Below are positions 35,952 to 45,248 of a DNA stretch of 64,000 nt, in pieces; the first letter of the stretch is position 1, and each line of letters starts with the position of its first letter. The translations under genes and the position numbers were made by a program. The stretch spans positions 173-64,172 of the forward strand of contig CALFSW010000050.1 in assembly GCA_937916505.1 (NCBI GenBank), written 5' to 3'. The DNA comes from an uncultured Verrucomicrobiales bacterium (GTDB lineage: Bacteria > Verrucomicrobiota > Verrucomicrobiia > Verrucomicrobiales > Akkermansiaceae). A model generated the notes under the pieces. The model had not been told where the DNA came from. It saw only the letters and a program-made list of their open reading frames with translations, and made no database searches.

Positions 35952-36044
35952 GGTTGATTGGATACGGAAGTAGTGTGACAAGTTTTGCCCCAAAGTGGAG
36001 AGATTTCAGTGACAAGAGGGTGAGAGGAGAGAATGATCCGGCGC

Positions 36045-37313
36045 ATGAGCTGGGAGCTGTCAACTTTTGGGAAAAACCTGTGCGAGGGAAGCGGAATCGG
36101 GGAATTGATGGATGACCTCGGTGAGGCTCTGGCCGGGGGTGGCGATGTCAAGATGCTTGGCGGAGGGCAACCAGCGCATGTGCCGGAGGTGGATGCGGTC
36201 TGGCGGAAGCGGATGGAGGAGATCATGGCGGAGCCGGGGGGGCTGGAGAAGATGTTGGGGAACTATGATGTCCCGGCGGGGAACGAGGCCTTTCGGATGG
36301 CCTTGGCCGATCTTTTTCGGAAAGAATTTGGCTGGGAAGTGACCCATGGGAATTTTGCGGTAACAATGGGTGGGCAAACCGCGTTCTTCTTTTTGTTCAA
36401 TGCTCTGGCAGGGAAGTTCGCGGATGGTTCGCGTAAAAAAATTCTTCTGCCCCTTTTACCGGAATACATTGGCTACGCGAATCAGTCGGTTGGGGCGGAT
36501 TTTTTTGAAGCAATCCCAGCCCGGATCGAGAAGACGGGGCCTCATGAGTTTAAGTATCGGGTGGACTTTGATGCCGTTGATCCGGGTGATGACATTGCGG
36601 CAATCTGTGTTTCGCGGCCGACCAATCCGTCCGGGAATGTGCTGACGGATGGGGAAATCGAAAAGCTCCGCGAAATTGCGCGGGCGAAAGGGATTCCCTT
36701 GATTGTCGACAATGCCTATGGGGCTCCCTTTCCGAATGTCATTTTCTCCGAAGTCACTCCGGTTTGGGATGAAGAGATGATTTTGACTTTGAGCCTCTCC
36801 AAGATTGGATTGCCGGGAACGAGGACGGGCATCGTGGTGGCAAGCAAGGAAGTGTGTCGGCAGGTTTCCTCGATGACCTCAATCGTGGGGCTGGCGAATG
36901 CCAATGTGGGACAGGAAATTCTTCGTCCGCTGGTGGCGAGCGGTGAGATCTTGAGGCTCAGTAAAGAGGTGGTGAAACCGTTTTATGAGAAGCGTTCCAA
37001 GATGGCGCAGGAGTGGTTTGCACGGGAGCTTGATGACTCTGTTCCTTATTTCATTCACCGAAGCGAAGGAGCGCTTTTCCTGTGGCTGTGGTTTGAAGAT
37101 TTTCCAATCACGGCCAGAGAGCTTTATGAACGCTTGAAGAAGCGTGGAGTGCTGGTCGTGCCAAGTGAGTATTTCTTTTTTGGGCTCCCACATGACACCG
37201 ACTGGAAGCACACCCGTGAATGTATCCGGGTGAGTTACACGATGGACGCAGAAACCGTGGAATATGGAATCAAGGTGATCGCGGATGAGGTGAACGGGGT
37301 TTATGCAAGATGA
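36045..37313 (+). CDS. avtA: valine--pyruvate (alanine-valine) aminotransferase
   Basis: The AvtA-like N-terminus reads FGKNLCEGSGIGELMDDLGEAL...MLGGGQPAHVPE. Also PTNPSGNVLT and the PLP lysine context SLSKIGLPGTRTG. Confidence 0.8.
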   Translation: MSWELSTFGKNLCEGSGIGELMDDLGEALAGGGDVKMLGGGQPAHVPEVDAVWRKRMEEIMAEPGGLEKMLGNYDVPAGNEAFRMALADLFRKEFGWEVTHGNFAVTMGGQTAFFFLFNALAGKFADGSRKKILLPLLPEYIGYANQSVGADFFEAIPARIEKTGPHEFKYRVDFDAVDPGDDIAAICVSRPTNPSGNVLTDGEIEKLREIARAKGIPLIVDNAYGAPFPNVIFSEVTPVWDEEMILTLSLSKIGLPGTRTGIVVASKEVCRQVSSMTSIVGLANANVGQEILRPLVASGEILRLSKEVVKPFYEKRSKMAQEWFARELDDSVPYFIHRSEGALFLWLWFEDFPITARELYERLKKRGVLVVPSEYFFFGLPHDTDWKHTRECIRVSYTMDAETVEYGIKVIADEVNGVYAR

Positions 37314-37531
37314 CGCGGAGTCCTTCTTTGGCCTTGCTGCTCACTGAGGGAGCGTATGGATATTTTTGTAATGGCGAAGAGCCAGTCGGCGCCGAAAGTT
37401 TTCGAAAGCTGGAGGATGGCCGAGGCCGACATGCCAGGCTGGTCGGAAGGGCTGGTTTTGAGGCGGTTTTGCTTCCTGGTGAGGCCGTAGGCATTGGCGA
37501 AGGTTTTGACAAAACCAAGGTCGCTGGCGGC

Positions 37532-40039
37532 CTATTCCTCAACCTCTTTAGCTTCACCGGCTTTTAGAAAAAGGGGGTCGGCGTTGCCCTTTGTCGGGCG
37601 GGTGAAAGGCGAGCTGCGCCACTTTGGGGTCTGGTAAAGTCCGGTGCCGCGAAACTGAAAGATGCCTTTGAGTGGTTTGAGTGGGAGGGTGAGAAGGCCC
37701 AAAAGGCCGCGAGCGTTGACACGCACGGTCATGTCCATTTTTTCGGTCTCGAGATCGATCCAGCCTTCGCCGGTCAGAACGATGCTCGTGGAGACTGCGA
37801 CAAAGTCTTTGGTCTGCATGACACCATCACGGACGGCAAAGGTGGAAGAGGCATCTTTGGCCCGTTCGTAGCCCATTCGTTTGTCGCCAAGGATACCGGC
37901 GATGATCGGGGAAAGTGGGCCGAGGACGGGGAGCGAGACAAGATTACCCTGCCTGATTCCGATCAGGCCATCGGCGTTGAAGCCGCGAACGCCACCGGCG
38001 ATTCCATAAAAGTCGATACTCCCGGTTAGGGTGCCTTTTTCTTCGTCTCTAAATTTGTAGGCTTTGGAGATGAGGGGAAAGGAGAGGTTGTCCCATTTCA
38101 TGGAGCCCAGGTAGTCGGTTTTTCGCCCCGGGGTGACATCACAGAAAACAGAGCCGCTGACCGTTCCTCCGAGAGTGGCACAGGTGATATTCCTGACCGT
38201 GATGTCTGTTCCTCGCACGACAATGTCGGCATTCAGCTTTTGCAGTGGGAGCTCGGCTCCGAGGAAGGGGTAATCGGTTTGTCCCTCGGTGCGTGCGGCC
38301 ACGCGAAAGACGGTTTTATCGCTGTCTTCCTTACGGTCAGCGAAGCTCCCGTTGAGAGTGAGGTGAGGCGGCTTGTGAAAGCGGTAGTTTTCTTCCAGGT
38401 GTTGTGAGACAGACGGGGCGAAGATCCTGACGATGGGAGTGGGCCAAACCTTGCCTCGCAGGTTGCTGATGGTGGTGACGCGGGTGGAACCGTCGTGGAG
38501 AATACGGTCGGCGTAAATTTCCTCTGATGAGGCCCCTTTAAATCGCAGGCGGGCAGGTTCCTTGTCGTCGTTCAGAAGGGCTTTGATTTGAGAGAATTCG
38601 GTCTGACCGGGAATGAAGTTATACTCGCTGGCGAGATGATGGACCCGGGTGCCTTTGTAGAGGAAGTTACTCAAATGGACCTTGCCGGCTGCGGACCATT
38701 CGGTGAGGTCGGCGCGGTCAAGCGAGCCGACCACATCAAGGGCAACGATGGAGTTATCGGAAAACTTCAGATTTTGAACGATCCGGTCGAGTCCTTGATT
38801 GGGCTTGATAAAAGGGGCAAAGGCTTCGAGCGGAAGGGTGGAACGGACATCATAGCGAGCGAGATCATCTTGCATCACAAGATGGCCATTGAGTTGGCCT
38901 TTATGATGTTTCACTTCCAGATCCCGAAGGTAGAGATCACCATCGCGCCAAGAGAATTCCGAGGTCAACCCTTTAAAGGGAGTCTTCAAAAACTGAAATT
39001 CCCCAATCGTTCCATGTCCGGTGGCTCGGACGGAAAATGGTTCGTCTTCGGGAGCTGAGAAGGTGCCTCTTAAATTGAGAACCGGCGGGGTATCGGGGGT
39101 TAGATTTTTTAAAACGACGATGTCAAAGCAGCTGGCCAGGAAATCCTGAAGCTGGAGATCCGAGATAAGGTCGAAGCGTCCCTCCCGACGGACAATGTTC
39201 CAATCAGCTTGTCCCGAGGCTGAGCCGCTTCGATCTTCGACAAGGATTTCATCGAGTGTCACCAATTGAGACTGCAGGTCTCCCGAGATCATCAACTGGT
39301 CCAGTTGGTAGTTTTGGTCCAGTTGGTCGTTTTTCAAACTGAGGTTTCGGGCCTCTAATTTGAAAGTCGTATTGAGGCGATCGGGATGATTGAGATCGCC
39401 TTTTATTTTGAAGGTCAGTTCAGGTGGACTGTCGGATGGAATGGTCCAGAGAGCCAATTCATCGAGAACAAGACTGAGAACATGGTTGGACTGAAGGTTT
39501 TCTCCTTGGCTGGGGTCGAGATGCTCTCCTTTCAATTTGGAGAGCTTGAGATCGGCAGAGAGATTCACCCGGATTCCCTCGATTAATCCGGAGGCGTCCT
39601 TGACGGTGGCCCGGCCGTTTTCGGTGATGAAGAGTCCCCCGTTGATTTGGCTGGCGGTGACCATGCGACTGTCTTTGTCGACCGGAATCCGGGCGGTTCC
39701 GTTGCTGATATGAATGTTGAGGAGCTTAAATTTCCCCCTGAGAGCTTTTGTCTTGTCGAGATCGAGAGTGACTTCACCTGCTTCAAGGAGAGGAATACGT
39801 TCTCCGTCGCCAGCGAAAAACGAGACATCCTTGGCGATCAACCCGTGTTTAAGGTCGAAGCGGAGGCTTTCAAAAGAGAGGTGGACGCCGCGATCCGCCA
39901 GTTCATCACGCAGCCAGTCACCATATCGACCGGGAAAACCGACCTGATTGAGATAAACGAGGATTCCAACGACTGCCAAAAGAGTCGCTCCTGCGGTCAG
40001 GATGACGACGGTTTTAGCAAGGCGATAAGTGTGAATCAT
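37532..40039 (-). CDS. AsmA-family (AsmA/YhdP-like) envelope protein
   Basis: Single N-terminal TM segment (VVILTAGATLLAVVGILVYL) and an 835-aa beta-rich body. The C-terminus reads ...FVAVSTSIVLTGEGWIDLETEKMDMTVRVNA..., typical of AsmA_2-type ends. Confidence 0.55.
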   Translation of the reverse strand: MIHTYRLAKTVVILTAGATLLAVVGILVYLNQVGFPGRYGDWLRDELADRGVHLSFESLRFDLKHGLIAKDVSFFAGDGERIPLLEAGEVTLDLDKTKALRGKFKLLNIHISNGTARIPVDKDSRMVTASQINGGLFITENGRATVKDASGLIEGIRVNLSADLKLSKLKGEHLDPSQGENLQSNHVLSLVLDELALWTIPSDSPPELTFKIKGDLNHPDRLNTTFKLEARNLSLKNDQLDQNYQLDQLMISGDLQSQLVTLDEILVEDRSGSASGQADWNIVRREGRFDLISDLQLQDFLASCFDIVVLKNLTPDTPPVLNLRGTFSAPEDEPFSVRATGHGTIGEFQFLKTPFKGLTSEFSWRDGDLYLRDLEVKHHKGQLNGHLVMQDDLARYDVRSTLPLEAFAPFIKPNQGLDRIVQNLKFSDNSIVALDVVGSLDRADLTEWSAAGKVHLSNFLYKGTRVHHLASEYNFIPGQTEFSQIKALLNDDKEPARLRFKGASSEEIYADRILHDGSTRVTTISNLRGKVWPTPIVRIFAPSVSQHLEENYRFHKPPHLTLNGSFADRKEDSDKTVFRVAARTEGQTDYPFLGAELPLQKLNADIVVRGTDITVRNITCATLGGTVSGSVFCDVTPGRKTDYLGSMKWDNLSFPLISKAYKFRDEEKGTLTGSIDFYGIAGGVRGFNADGLIGIRQGNLVSLPVLGPLSPIIAGILGDKRMGYERAKDASSTFAVRDGVMQTKDFVAVSTSIVLTGEGWIDLETEKMDMTVRVNARGLLGLLTLPLKPLKGIFQFRGTGLYQTPKWRSSPFTRPTKGNADPLFLKAGEAKEVEE

Positions 40040-40081
40040 TAAAGAGAGTTTACAATCGATTGCTCAGATCAAAAGGATGAA

Positions 40082-40984
40082 TCAAGGGACGGGAGTCTGT
40101 TCCAGTGCCGCGGAGAGAAGGTGATCGGCGTCCGGGGTGTCCTCGGAAAGGAGGCGATGGCGGAGAACGTGCGGGAAGATTTTTTGGACGTGGTCCGGAA
40201 GGACGGCAGTTTGGTTATCGAGAAGTGCCGCAGCCTGGGAAGCCCGCTGCAGGGCGAGCGTGGCGCGGGTGGAGACGGCATGATCCTCCCCTAAAATGGA
40301 GCGGACAGCCTGGCACAGTGCGAGAAGGTAGCGCTGCAGGGTGTCGGACACTGAGATATGGTCGGCCTGGTTCTGAAGATCGCGGAGCTGGTCGAGATTC
40401 ATGACCGGGGAACGAGGAGGGCCGGAGGATTTTTCAGAGTGGTAGCGAAGGATTTCGAGTTGGGTTTGATCATCCGGGAGACTCATGGGAATGGAAAGGA
40501 TGAAGCGGTCCAACTGGGGTTCCGGAAGGGGAAAGGTGCCGGTTGAAGAGGTGTCATTTTGAGTGGCAACAACGAGGAAAGGGTCGGGGAGTTCGCGTGT
40601 TGTGCCATCAATCGTCACCTGCCTTTCGTTCATGGCCTCGAGAAGCGATGACTGGGTGCGGGGAGAAGCGCGGTTGATCTCATCGGCCAGAAGGAGGTTG
40701 GCGAAGACCGGGCCGGGGATGAATTCGAACTCACCATTTTGCGGTCGGTAGAGTTGGTAACCGAGGATATCGGAAGGGAGGAGGTCGGGTGTGAATTGAA
40801 CACGCCGAAAAGTTCCGCTTAGTGAGGTGGACAGGGTGTGTGCGAGAGTTGTTTTTCCGATTCCGGGTGGGCCGGTGACAAGGGCATGTCCCCGGGCAAG
40901 AAGAGCGGTGAGGAGAAGGTCGACGGCTTCATCGGAACCAAGAACGGTGGAGAGGAGTTGTTGACGAAGAGCTTGGAGGGGCAT
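40082..40984 (-). CDS. MoxR-family AAA+ ATPase
   Basis: HALVTGPPGIGKTTLA, LLADEINRASPRTQSSLLEAM and VVATQN..S.GTFPLPEPQLDRF. ATG 40984 lies 4 nt after the upstream stop. Confidence 0.85.
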   Translation of the reverse strand: MPLQALRQQLLSTVLGSDEAVDLLLTALLARGHALVTGPPGIGKTTLAHTLSTSLSGTFRRVQFTPDLLPSDILGYQLYRPQNGEFEFIPGPVFANLLLADEINRASPRTQSSLLEAMNERQVTIDGTTRELPDPFLVVATQNDTSSTGTFPLPEPQLDRFILSIPMSLPDDQTQLEILRYHSEKSSGPPRSPVMNLDQLRDLQNQADHISVSDTLQRYLLALCQAVRSILGEDHAVSTRATLALQRASQAAALLDNQTAVLPDHVQKIFPHVLRHRLLSEDTPDADHLLSAALEQTPVP

Positions 40985-40988
40985 GTGA

Positions 40989-41843
40989 TTATTGGCGGTT
41001 CCGGAATTCGGAGTAGGGTTCTTCCGCTTGGATAACCTCCCGTATTTTGAGGAGGGGAAGGACGGTGCCATTGACGGTTTCGAAGGTGAGGGTTCCACCT
41101 GCCTTCACCCAATCTTCGGGCTTGGGTCTGGTGGCTCCTTCGGGAAATTGTAAGGAAACTCCGACGACCTGGAGGTCGGCCGCACAGCAAGTGATAATGG
41201 AACGGAAGATTCGCATGCGGTCCCCGGTCTCATTGTTGATTTTTTCAGGCGCAATGCGTCCCTCCAACTCAACGGGAAGACCGTCGAAGATGTCCTGGAT
41301 TTCGCGATCGCCGGCGGCGTAATAGGCCGTGATCATGCGAAGCTCGAATTCCCCATATTGATTCTTCGAAACGCGTTTTTCGAGATCCTCGCGGGTAAAG
41401 GGTGGAATGTCGGCGGCGTTGGTTAAAGAAGGTGCCTCGTAGAGGCCTTTCTTAGTGAGTCCCTGATTGGAGAGTTTGTCCCTGGTGTAGGACATTGCCA
41501 GAGTGAGTGGGATGAGGGTGAGCAGGATGGTGACGAATGGGCCGTGACCGTCTTCATGATGGTGTTCGCACGATTCGCAGTCCTCTTTGTCGTGGGAATG
41601 ACCGCAATCATGGTCATGGTCATGGTCATGGTCATGGTCTGCCGGATGACTGTGATTTTTCGGTTTTGGATTAATGACGGAGTAGACTCCGAGAATGATT
41701 ATGCCGATGCCTCCAACCAGGATGAAGTGGTGGAAATCGACAGCGAGGTAATCCTTCACCCGGGTGGAGTGATAGAAGTAGATGAGCACGGATCCCCATG
41801 AGATTGCCAGGAGGCCAAAGAGTCGGGTGTGGAGGGGGGTCAT
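40989..41843 (-). CDS. TIGR03943/DUF1980-family membrane protein (partner of COG0701 permease) with a His/Asp-rich loop
   Basis: Two N-terminal TM segments, the loop HSHPADHDHDHDHDHDCGHSHDKEDCESCEHHHEDGH, a third TM segment, and a C-terminal domain with ITCCAADL. Its start overlaps the permease gene by 4 nt. Confidence 0.65.
   Translation of the reverse strand: MTPLHTRLFGLLAISWGSVLIYFYHSTRVKDYLAVDFHHFILVGGIGIIILGVYSVINPKPKNHSHPADHDHDHDHDHDCGHSHDKEDCESCEHHHEDGHGPFVTILLTLIPLTLAMSYTRDKLSNQGLTKKGLYEAPSLTNAADIPPFTREDLEKRVSKNQYGEFELRMITAYYAAGDREIQDIFDGLPVELEGRIAPEKINNETGDRMRIFRSIITCCAADLQVVGVSLQFPEGATRPKPEDWVKAGGTLTFETVNGTVLPLLKIREVIQAEEPYSEFRNRQ
41608..41639 (-). repeat. coding hexanucleotide microsatellite (GACCAT)5 giving (DH)5
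   Basis: The + strand reads tcatgg x5 (+tc), seen directly in the sequence. It lies inside the TIGR03943-family gene. Confidence 0.9.
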
Positions 41844-42781
41844 GGCGCTAGCGGGATTTCAGATTGAGAGGTCATCCACCACGGAAGGATCTTCATTTCG
41901 AAGAGAAGGCTGAAGGCTCCGGTGAGGATGAAAATGGCGACAAAGAGGAAGGCGATAAATTTCCATTTGAAAACCGTCGAGTAGAGAAAAACAAGTTTGG
42001 CATCCATCATGGGGCCGAAGACCATGAAGGCGAGCTTTGGGCCGTATTTGAAGTTTGCAAAGTTTGCGGCAATGAAGGCATCCGAAGTTGAGCAAAGGCT
42101 GAGGACGAAGGCGAGAATCATCATGCCGGCACTTCCAAGAATTGAGTTGTCTGCGAGATTTTTCCAAAACTCATCGGTCGGATCAATGACCGTGGTTTTG
42201 AGAATGGCAGTGAGGACGACCCCAATGCAGAAGTAGAGTCCCACGTCCATGAGGTCGCGCAGCGAATTGTTGAGTGCGGAGTTGAGGTTCCGGGGATGGT
42301 TGTGTTCGTGCCCTTCATCCGCTTTTGCGGATTCCTTGAGAATGAAATATTGGGCAATTCGGGCTGCGATCAGGGCGATGATCACGGCGATGAGGTATCC
42401 GATGGTGAGACGGGAAATCGTGATTTCGTATGAGTTGTTGAATGCCTTGTAGGTGCTGATTGCGGTCACCGGATTGAAAATCGGGGCAGCGAGCATGTAG
42501 GCCAGGGCGCAGGAGACAGGGAGACCGTTTTTGACAAGTCGTCGGATCACGGGGACGACCGCGCATTCGCAGACCGGGAAAATGGCCCCGAGCAAACCAC
42601 TCAAAAGAATGGCGAGGGTGTTGTTTTTTGGGAGGATTTTTTCGAAAGCTCCACGTGGAAGATAGGTGCCGAGAAATCCACTCACCAGCGTGCCGAGGAA
42701 GATAAACGGGAGGCCTTCCAGGAAGATGGAGAGGAACTCATACGAGCCATCGGCGAGTTGGTCCTTCGTTTGATCGGTCAC
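41840..42781 (-). CDS. COG0701/DUF318-type permease (two-component membrane permease, ArsP-like)
   Basis: Polytopic membrane protein with LLGAIFPVCECAVVPVIRRL and LSLCSTSDAF motifs. It pairs with the TIGR03943 gene. Confidence 0.7.
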   Translation of the reverse strand: MTDQTKDQLADGSYEFLSIFLEGLPFIFLGTLVSGFLGTYLPRGAFEKILPKNNTLAILLSGLLGAIFPVCECAVVPVIRRLVKNGLPVSCALAYMLAAPIFNPVTAISTYKAFNNSYEITISRLTIGYLIAVIIALIAARIAQYFILKESAKADEGHEHNHPRNLNSALNNSLRDLMDVGLYFCIGVVLTAILKTTVIDPTDEFWKNLADNSILGSAGMMILAFVLSLCSTSDAFIAANFANFKYGPKLAFMVFGPMMDAKLVFLYSTVFKWKFIAFLFVAIFILTGAFSLLFEMKILPWWMTSQSEIPLAP

Positions 42782-42820
42782 TGGGATGATTCAAGCGTAA
42801 AGAGGTGCCCTTACTCCAAC

Positions 42821-42844
42821 AAAAAAGCGGATCGATTGACCCGC
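42821..42844 (-). terminator. rho-independent terminator after the lipoprotein gene
   Basis: The minus strand reads GCGGGTC-aatc-GATCCGC followed by TTTTTTG, a 7-bp stem with one G-U pair. Confidence 0.6.
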
Positions 42845-42873
42845 CGGGAGGAGGATGACCGGATTTGGTGGAT

Positions 42874-43227
42874 CTAATGAGTTGGAAAGGTCCATTGGTA
42901 CTTCCGGTTTGAGCTGAAATATTTGTAACCCGAGGTGGTTTTGGCGTTCTGGGCCTTCGCATCGTATTTATAGCTTCCAGAAATCAGATTGATTGAGCGG
43001 CTTGACCGTGCCGGGATGGAAACAAGGCGGGTTTCTGGTCCCTGCAAGCCCAGTATGATTAATTTGTCGGAATTGTTGCGGATTGTGACCAGTGGTCTGT
43101 AGACGATCTTACAGGTGTGCGTGTTTGTCGTTTTTTCTGTGGGGTTGGAGGTTCCGCAACTTGTGAAATTGATCGCGGCAATTGAGAACAGAGTGGCAAG
43201 GATGATGGGATGTAGCGGGAATTTCAT
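42874..43227 (-). CDS. small lipoprotein of unknown function
   Basis: MKFPLHPIILATLFSIAAINFTSC lipobox-like signal. ATG 43227 overlaps the stop of the upstream sulfatase remnant (ATGA). The gene looks AT-richer than its surroundings. Confidence 0.5.
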   Translation of the reverse strand: MKFPLHPIILATLFSIAAINFTSCGTSNPTEKTTNTHTCKIVYRPLVTIRNNSDKLIILGLQGPETRLVSIPARSSRSINLISGSYKYDAKAQNAKTTSGYKYFSSNRKYQWTFPTH

Positions 43228-43688
43228 ATTGAGGTGACAAACTTGCGAACTTTCCAATACGGGGCCTTTTGGCGTTTTTCAAATTTTGATCGCTTAATCG
43301 CGTCGTCAATGGCGGGAGTGCGGCCAGCTTTGCTTCGGAGGTCTTTGATATCTTTGATGCGTGCTTCGATTTTGGCATCGAGTTTTGTGATCAATCCGGG
43401 CTTGGTTGACGCGAGGTTGTTTTTCTCGCCAATGTCGTTTGAGAGGTCGAAAAGGCGGGAACGGCGGGCGCCGTCTTCTCTTTGGTGGGACTCGCGAATG
43501 AGCTTCCGGTTTTCGTAGTGAACCGAGATGGAGGGAGGGATCCATTCCGTGACGGGAGGATAATGGGAGAAGTCGGTAAAGATGGCATCGCGCGTGAAGG
43601 GCTCTCCCTTGAGAGCCGGGAGGATGGACTCTTCCATGGTGATCGTCCCCCCACCATATTTAAGATCAGAGGGGAAGAGGGAAGGGAT
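43224..43688 (-). pseudogene. sulfatase remnant (C-terminal ~150 codons only)
   Basis: The open frame from 43688 translates IPSLFPSDLKYGGGTITMEESILPALKGEPFTRDAIF...RLFDLSNDIGEKNNLA... This parallels only the C-terminal part of the neighbouring intact sulfatase (IAPTLLDFAGV...GRSFRDLLEGKK...FYDLQTDPHERHNLI). No catalytic N-terminal domain is present, and only 38 nt separate it from the upstream gene. Confidence 0.65.
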
Positions 43689-43726
43689 TCAGAGTTCCGG
43701 GCTGGAATTCCCTCCGGCCAGCCCGA

Positions 43727-45187
43727 CTAGCGGCGGAGTTTTCGGTCGTGGAGAGGTTCGCCTTTTGGCCTGCGTGCGGGGATGTCCAAACCTCCTGATT
43801 CTTCAAGTTCGTCAAAGAGTTGTTTTTTCAAGGCCTCGATTTGCTCGGCGAAGGCGGGGACGTCGATGAGGTTGTGCCGCTCGTGGGGATCTGTTTGCAG
43901 ATCGTAGAATCCGTTCTTATCCCAAAGACCATAATAGTAGATGTATTTGTAGCGGTCGGTGCGGATGGAGAAGAGGGTCGGTGTTGCCGGGAAGTTCCAT
44001 TCCCAGTGGTATTCGTAAAGAATGTGGTCGCGCCATGGGGTGGCGGGCTTCTTTCCTTCGAGAAGGTCGCGGAAAGAGCGTCCGTCCATCGCGGGGGCGT
44101 TTTCGGGGGCTTTGACACCGGCAAAATCGAGGAGAGTGGGGGCGATGTCGATGTTCTGGACCATTCCGGCAGGTTTGGTGCCTGCTTTGATTCGACCGGG
44201 TGCGTAGGCCAGCATCGGGATGCGGATGGATTCTTCAAAGGCGTCGCGTTTGTCGTAGAAGCCGTGTTCGCCGAGGGCGAAACCGTTGTCACCGAGGTAG
44301 AGGACGATGGTGTTTTTAGCGAGACCGGATGAGTCGAGATAGTCGAGGACGCGCCCGACGTTTTCATCGAGGCCGTGGACGGTTTCGCAGAATCTCCAGT
44401 AGAGGTCATCGAAGGAGGGGACGGGATCTTTATCGAAAGCACCGGTTTCCATGTGGTCGATACCGTGGATCCCGTAGCGTCGTTCGCGGACCCATTTTGG
44501 TTGCGTGGCATAGTTCTCGTCCGAGTTCGCCATCGTCTCGGGGTAGTCGATTTTTTTTCCTTCGTAACGACCGAGATGGCGCTTGGCGGGTTGGAAGGGA
44601 TAGTGAACCGACTTGAAGGCGAGGTGCATCATGAACGGAGCCTCCTTATCGCCTCCCCGATCACTCTTCAGCCATTCGAGGGCCTGATCGGCGAGTCGGT
44701 CGGCGGTGTAGCCTTTTTGCTCACTCTGTTTGCCATTGATGTTGAGGGTTTGATCAAAGTAAGCCCCCTGGCCCTGGAAGCTGACCCAGTGGTGAAAGCC
44801 TCTACGTGGTTCGTCATTGTCGTGACCCATGTGCCACTTGCCGATCATGGCGGTGCGGTAGCCGGCGGATTGGAGGTATTCGGGATAGAATCGGGTTCCT
44901 TCCGGAACGGCGCGTTGATTATCGACGACCTTGTGCCGGTGCATGAACTGGCCGGTCAGAATGGAGGCGCGGCTTGGAGAGCAGAGCGAGGTGCTGACAA
45001 AGGCATTTTCCAGATGAGCCCCGGCTGCAGCCATGCGGTCGAGATTTGGCGTTTCGAGAAAGTCGGGAGCCCTCTCCATAAATCCCAGAAAGTCGTATCG
45101 ATGATCATCGCTGAGAATGACGATGATGTTGGGCCTTTCCGCAGCCATGGTTGAGCTGACAAGGGCAAGAAGGAGAAAGCGGATCAT
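43727..45187 (-). CDS. formylglycine-dependent sulfatase (arylsulfatase A family)
   Basis: Signal peptide MIRFLLLALVSSTMAA. Motifs PNIIVILSDDHR, the formylglycine motif CSPSRASILTG, and GKWH. Confidence 0.85.
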   Translation of the reverse strand: MIRFLLLALVSSTMAAERPNIIVILSDDHRYDFLGFMERAPDFLETPNLDRMAAAGAHLENAFVSTSLCSPSRASILTGQFMHRHKVVDNQRAVPEGTRFYPEYLQSAGYRTAMIGKWHMGHDNDEPRRGFHHWVSFQGQGAYFDQTLNINGKQSEQKGYTADRLADQALEWLKSDRGGDKEAPFMMHLAFKSVHYPFQPAKRHLGRYEGKKIDYPETMANSDENYATQPKWVRERRYGIHGIDHMETGAFDKDPVPSFDDLYWRFCETVHGLDENVGRVLDYLDSSGLAKNTIVLYLGDNGFALGEHGFYDKRDAFEESIRIPMLAYAPGRIKAGTKPAGMVQNIDIAPTLLDFAGVKAPENAPAMDGRSFRDLLEGKKPATPWRDHILYEYHWEWNFPATPTLFSIRTDRYKYIYYYGLWDKNGFYDLQTDPHERHNLIDVPAFAEQIEALKKQLFDELEESGGLDIPARRPKGEPLHDRKLRR

Positions 45188-45248
45188 TGAATTGATCCTG
45201 GGCGAGAGAGTTTTCCAATGCAATGCGCGATGAAAAAAAGGAAGGAAA

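Noticed and set aside
37314-37531. Read-through of the AsmA-like TAG gives AASDLGFVKTFANAYGLTRKQ...; a 42-codon ORF (MSASAILQLSKTFGADWLFAITKI...) lies in the avtA/AsmA convergent gap.
   Set aside because: It looks faintly protein-like, but it is short, has no recognisable motif, and its end overlaps the avtA 3' end. The evidence is insufficient to call a gene or a read-through event.
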